This document shows, piece by piece, positions 45,801 through 51,757 of a stretch of DNA of 51,757 nt. Origin of the DNA: Klebsormidium nitens (taxonomy: Eukaryota; Plantae; Klebsormidiophyceae); assembly GCA_000708835.1 (NCBI GenBank), contig DF237560.1, positions 1-51,757 on the forward strand, written 5' to 3'. The first letter of the stretch is position 1; each line of letters starts with the position of its first letter. Position numbers and translations under genes: made by a program. Below the pieces are notes generated by a model. The model saw only the letters and a list, made by a program, of their open reading frames with translations, had not been told where the DNA came from and did no database searches.

Positions 45801-48800
45801 ATCAAACTTTCGTTCCATTTTCAAAAATACTCCGCTCACTCATCAAACTTTGGTTTCATGAGACTAACATATGTCGTATGTCAACATCCAGGAGGAGAAG
45901 TTCGAGTTGCGCGGCGGGGTGACCTTCAACACTGGTTCGAAGTTCTCTGCCTCTGCTAGTGAGGGAAACAGACCAACCATCCATCTCCTCGCTGGTGGTG
46001 GCAGCCGGGCTGCGATTCTGTTGGGGAAGGAACTTCCGCCTCAACGGGGATGGAACAGCCAGTGGACGAAGAGGTTCCAGACGGGCGGAGCTGAGGTTAT
46101 GCTGCAAAATCTTCAGCAGAAGTATAGCGTGTACCTGGCTGGCGAGATGGCCGACGAGGAGAAGCTGTTACTTCTCGAGCATCACTCCTCCGACTGCAGG
46201 CAAGTTCTTCGAGTAGTATGCATCTTCTGCAGGGCTTGACGACATGTGTGAAAGTTGTCTGGCTTGGTCCGCGCTTCTTTTGATCGATGGTCATCACTGA
46301 AAGTCACGTCTGATCCGGCCGCTTCCAAGGAAAGCTAACTTTGAAGCAAAACACAGTGATACACCATCTCGTTCCACGATAAGGTCCCGTAGTGAAAGTT
46401 GCTAGCAATAAAACACTTCTGTTTCTATATTGTAGAACGTCTTGAGTGTTGTAGCTGCAAGAATTCAACCTTTCTTGGAGCAATCTGCTTGGGAAAAATC
46501 TTCAGTACACTGGCTGACTTTTTAAAAGAATGACTTCTTAGCAGTCTTTACAGATAATACTAGAATATCAAACCTCGCTTCGTTACATGATATTCTCATC
46601 TTTCACGTCTAAGTTTCGTTCCACTGAATCAAAAATTCGTTCTCCTCATCGCTAATCTGGTACGGATTTAATCTTCAGGAAGGAGGTCGACGCTCTTCGC
46701 ACCGACTTGGAGCAGCTGGATGCCGCCAAGAAACACGCACTTGCTGCAGCGTACTGCGCAATCGAGAACTCCTGCAAGGACGCAGACACGGCTGTCGAGG
46801 AGTAAGTTGAGCTTTCCTCAAGGCTCTTCCTCGAGGAAATCTACTCGGAGGAGTTTGAGAGCAGGTTCTCTCCTCCTGCTGGCAAAGACGGTGCGGGGAC
46901 GGCTGCGGCGCCCTCTAGCGAGGAACTTCGGCCGGTGGATGGGGCCGGCGACGCGGGCGGGGCGAAGGTGACTGGGGATTTCAGAGGCAAGGCCCCGGTT
47001 GATGACGAAGTCATGACCGATGCGGAGGAGCAGGGAGCCCCCTCTCAGGCTATCGACGAAGGGACCGGGGCGGACAACACGGAAGCCCGCGAAGCTGACG
47101 AATCTGAGGGCACAGTGTTTGAGCTACAGAGGCGGCACCGTGATCTGGGAATTGACGCGGATCTGGAGCCCAGTCTGCTCTCCAGGCAAGCTATGAAGAC
47201 AAGATTGGCCACTTGCTTGGCTGTCTTGATACTGACTCCAAAGGCTCCGAAGAGCGAATCCATCGCCCAGCTTTTGCGAACGGAGGAAGGCGCCACCTTG
47301 AATAAAAACAGCCGCGGAATCATTTCGTTAAGCAGCCTGCCTTGGAAGCGAGAATTGGCGGAGGCCTGCCAGGAGATCGTCCTCAATATTCCCGCGGTAA
47401 TTGCGAGTCTGGACGACAAAGCGAGGGCCGCTGAAAGGAGAGGTGCTTCTGTGGGTCCAGACCTTGCGGAGCGGCGCTGCCGCCGGGGGCTACAGAAAGA
47501 GCGCCTGGAAAGGATCCAGTAGCGAGACGAACAGAAGGAAGAAAGTCGAGACGGACCGGATCAACAATGAGTACGAGGCTTTGAAGGGGGAACGACGGCG
47601 GTTCATGCTGGCGCGAATTGAGAGGGCAGTCTTTCCGACGGTTACAAGCGGGGAGGCGCAGAAGCTGGCCCTCAAGTTGCGGCGCTTCATCAGGAAGGGG
47701 GACTACGTAACCATGCTCGGGGACCTGGAGGAAAGTGAGGAGGCCTGTACAGCCTACGCGCTAGAGGAGCTCTGCATTTCGAAGAAGAACGACGAGAAGC
47801 TGCAGGGTGATCCCTTCTCCGTCGTTTCTCCAGAGTAAGTATACCAGGACTTCCTTAGCAATCTAGTACCTTGACTCTCAGATATCTCGACCTTTTTCTG
47901 TATTTCGACTTTTCATTGACTTGGCTCAGTCCTTGGTTCCCCTTACTTTGATTCTTTAACAATCCATAGAGATAATAGATCAAAAGGAGTTGATCCTTCG
48001 AGTTGTAGTCTTTGATGGGCAACCTGAATGACGAGGATGGAACCTCTATTTCGTAGCTTCGTCATGCGGTGGCCAAAAGCTGAGACGTTGACAACCTACT
48101 CGAACTACACTCCCAGAACTAGCGAAAGCTGATCCAATCGGGGCCTTTGCAAGTCGGCAAGCAGACCCAAAAGTAGTGCCGGAGATCTGCAATGTTCAGA
48201 TGTGTACGTGTTGCTAACGGAAGTCTTAAGCAACTACTGTTGATTTTAACTCTGAGTCTGAACATTTGCTGAGTAGTGTGCTCTCACTCTCTGTAAGGTC
48301 ATCTGCTAAAGGTGCTTAAATGTCAGTGTCCACTTCGTTTACCGCAAAATCTGCAACTCCAAAAGTAAGTGAAGCGAAGCTTTCGTAGACGGTACGACTC
48401 TGAAATTGAATCAAAGAGCCTCCAAACCTTCATTGGAAACGATTAGCTGGCCTGGATATTATTTTGAAGACCAGAGTTTCAGAACACCTATTCTTCCAGT
48501 CAAGATTTTTGAAACATTCGGTTTCTCAATCACCAACATTGGCGACGTTCTGTCATCACGTCGAGTCCGCTCATTTAGAAGCATCTCTTGGTGGTTTCCG
48601 GTCAGTCATAACTCAAAGTGTCCCGGATTGCAGCTCAGACAACAAGTCTGAAACAGCTTCTCTCTCTGTTTTCCCTTTCAGAACATCTCGGCCTGTGCGG
48701 TTCGACATCGCTTCAGCCCAGCAGATCGTCCAGGTCTTCCTCGTCAGGGGAACGCGCTTTATCGTCGTTGGAAACGACCCGGCGACCGGCAAAGCAGTTC

Positions 48801-51325
48801 TATCCCTCTACTGCCTCGCCGAGAGCTCCCAGCCGTATGCCTGCCCCAGGTTCGGCAAAGCAGCCTCTTTGGCGGCGTTCGACGAGCAAACGCGTCTTCT
48901 CGCTCTGTACTCCTTCGAGGAGGATGCGGCAGCGTACGAACCTGCTGACGTCAGGGAGGCCGATCGACCGGGGGCAAGGACGTCGACCGTACGGCGGAGC
49001 GAGCTGGCTGTGTACCGGTTTGACGAGCGATACCAGCGCTATGACCGGGCGGCCCCGGTGGTCGATCTTACGCTGCTTAGTGGCGACCCGGAGTTGAAGC
49101 AGCTGACCTTTCTCCATTCGCGGCGCAAGCTCGCGTTCCTGGACGCCGGCAACCGACTCCGGATATACGACGTCCAGCAAGGCTGCGCGCTCAACTGCAA
49201 CTTGCAGCTGAGACCGGCGGAGCCGGTCTGCAGGCTCCTCTCCTCCGAGCGCGGACAGTGCGTCTTCGCGGTGGAGCAACCGGACAGCGAAGGGTTGTGT
49301 CGCGTTTATCCTTTCATGACGTCATCTCTGGAAAGGGACTCGACCGGTCAAGGCAGCGATCAGGGGCTGTCGCCCGTCTCGCTCAAAGTGGGAGGCGCCT
49401 TCGACGTCGTTTCGTTTGGCTTGGGCTCGCAAGTACGGCAGGGGCAGTTGGCCGTACTAGAGAAGAGCACGGGCCTGGTGAAGGTGATGGCGCTCCACGT
49501 CACGGCGAAGGAGGAGGCCTGCATGATGCGAGACGTGCTCGACCAGCCCTCGAGGCGAATGCCGGCCGAGACGGTGCAGCTGACGGTGCTCGAGTACCTG
49601 GTAAGTCTCAAGGCCCTTATTTGTTGGGTCAAATAAGAATCTAGTTCGATGCATGTTTCTGATCATTCAACGGTTTCACAACGCAGAACGCAGAATCAAA
49701 CGTTTCAATGAGACGAGAAGCCTTCCGTATACTCTGATACTGGAAAGTCTTATCACACCCATGTCTATCACCGTCATTCTTTCAGGTACCCCAGGCTCGA
49801 ATGAGGTCTTTCCAAGCAGTTTGACACTCTCCGGAAGATTCGGGTGCACAGAATGACCTCAAAACCCTTAGCAATCCCATTGCGCTGTCTCCTTTTTTCT
49901 TTCAAGCAACTCAGTATTGACAACCAGTTATCAACTTTTGACGACCTTTATCAACCTGGCTTTGACTTTCAGTTTGAGTTCTAAGCGATTCTTTGATTCT
50001 TGCGCACTGCAGTACTACGTCTACGCCAAGTTTGCGGCCAAGGGCGTCATCAGCAACGATGAGGAGAGTGTCGCGCTGCGCCTGACGGTGCTCTTCGACT
50101 GCTCGGAGACCATCTTCTGGAATATGGACCTGTCGCGCCGCGTGCAACAGTACGTCGACACGGTGGAGAGACTTCTTTCCAGAACGGAGAAAAGGACGGA
50201 GGTCCTGCGCCTCAAGGAGCGGCTCCAAGTGGGCTCTTTGCAAGCTGGCTGGTCCCGCGCGCAAGCGATTCCAAGTGAGGACTGGGCGTTGGAGCCCCGC
50301 CTAGCGTCGCTCGGCCTTGCAGAGGAGATAGCTGCGGAGGAGGGCTTTGGCACGTGGGTGCGGCGGCTCATTTGCCTGGTCCCAATCCAGATTGCGCGCG
50401 CGGAGGACAACAGCTTCCAGGTCCTGCTGGATGGCGTCAGCATGACGGGCGACCACGCGCGCAGCGTGGGGACCTGCGCGGAGGGCATCCGCTTTGGGCT
50501 GTACGACGCGATTTTGGACTGGTGGCGGGGCCCAATCCGCATCGTTTCGTCCATGGGCAAGCAGTCGACGGGGAAGTCGTACACGCTAAACCACCTGTTC
50601 GGGCTGTCGTTCGAGATCTCCGGCGCGCGCTGCACCGACGGCTGCTGGCTGACGCTCAGCATCATCCGGGGGGTGATGTACCTTGTTCTCGACTTCGAGG
50701 GACTGGGTTCGTTTGAGCGGACGGATCAAGAGGATATGCTCCTCTCCGTGTTCAACGCGGCGATCTCCAACCTGACCATCTTCAAAACCGAGTACCGGCT
50801 CGACCGCGACGTTGAGAACATGTTCGCGCGCTTCCAAACCGGGGTCAACCTGCTCAAAGGCGACGCGCGGCTCTTCCGGGGCCAGTTTCTGATTGCGATC
50901 AAGGACGTGCTGGCGCTTGACGTGGACAAAGTCCGGCACGAGTTCCGGAGCAAGATCAGCCGGATCGTCAGTGGAACCGACTCGGACAACACGGACAACT
51001 TCATCCCCCGGATGTACGGTGGCAAGGTGGTCATCCTTCCGTTTCCGCCGCTCGGCGATCCGGCTTACTACTCGGAGTTGGAAAGCGTTCAGAGGGTTTT
51101 GGAGGGGCGGCCGGGGCAGTTTGAGAGCGGACCGGAGCTGGCTACATTTATGAAGACGCTGATGGCAAAGCTGCATCTCAAAGACTGGGTCGCGATGGAT
51201 CAGGAGCAGCTGGAAGCCCGCGTGCGGTTCCTCTCTAAGTATTTGGAGCCGGCTTTGGCGTTTGGGCGCTTGAGCAGGGAGGAGTATGCGGAGGAAGAAG
51301 AGGAGTTGCGGGACCTGAGCACGAG
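42872..51325 (+). CDS. 5' part of a giant multidomain GBP/RHD3/VLIG-type P-loop GTPase with N-terminal SAM-like domains (continues beyond window; possible lesions at 46803 and about 47520)
   Basis: Exons about 42872-43096, 44069-44523, 45028-45526, 45892-46199 (GC donor), 46679-46801, about 46865-47828, 48682-49600, 50013-51325. G1 GKQSTGKS (50556-50579), G2 ARCTDGCW, G3 DFEG (50691-50702). SAM-like segments SLKEWLGRLGL and HGFEEAEDLYTLTEEELQDPSFGLKVASRNKLLNAL. Confidence 0.82.
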
Positions 51326-51757
51326 GTAAGGAAGGGAAAAATTTGATTAGGGACTTTTCTTAACGTCTTTGGGCGGAAGAATCTTCAGGTCTGGTTTCTA
51401 GACATGATTCGCTTGAACAGTGGCCTCCTCATTCTTCTTAGACAAACTCAAGGGCCAGCCCTTATGACTCAAGCCCAAACTTTCCCTTAAATATATCATC
51501 GCTTCTTTTAAGGAGGATCCTAGGTTGGCAAATCTCTTTTAGAGGCTCATTAAAAGAACCGTTCCAGCAAGTGCTTTTCTGCTTTATGCTTATCAGATAG
51601 TTTAAGCAGATGCCTTTCTATTTTATGCACACCAAAATTTCGGCGCCAATGCTCTGGTCGAGTTGACGGAAGATTTGATTACCGTAGATAGATCGCAAAG
51701 TCACCGGTTTACCTCTCTTTGCCGAGCTCTGATGCTTATTTTCCCTTCAAGTAGTCC

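Noticed and set aside
48800-51176. Several 100-214 aa minus-strand and off-frame ORFs
   Set aside because: Shadows of the GTPase exons 48682-49600 and 50013-51325.
1-51757. tRNA, rRNA or snoRNA genes
   Set aside because: No cloverleaf with T-loop consensus or rRNA-like tract was recognised by eye, and isolated TGATGA words lacked convincing D boxes and terminal stems. tRNAscan-SE and Infernal would be needed to exclude them.

Overview
Intron-rich eukaryotic nuclear DNA with plant-type genes. A streptophyte green alga such as Klebsormidium is my best guess from gene style, but I cannot verify it. I assembled seven spliced genes by hand using splice-phase consistency. They are: a HAD subfamily IIA (CECR5/HDHD5-like) hydrolase (+); AP-1 sigma adaptin (+); a classical arabinogalactan-type Pro-rich protein with signal peptide and GPI-type tail, broken by an N gap (-); a GH27 alpha-galactosidase fused to a C-terminal discoidin/F5-8C-like lectin domain (+); an unknown two-TM protein (-); a tandem-PH-domain protein with microexons (+); and the 5' part of a giant SAM-containing GBP/VLIG-type GTPase that runs off the window (+). 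Two MITE-like elements with TA flanks are present. I recognised no rRNA, tRNA or CRISPR array. The most unusual signal is repeated intronic tandem copies of exon boundaries (acceptor plus exon head, or exon tail plus donor) in two genes. In the 26.4-27.2 kb array the apparently intronic copies differ almost only at synonymous codon positions.
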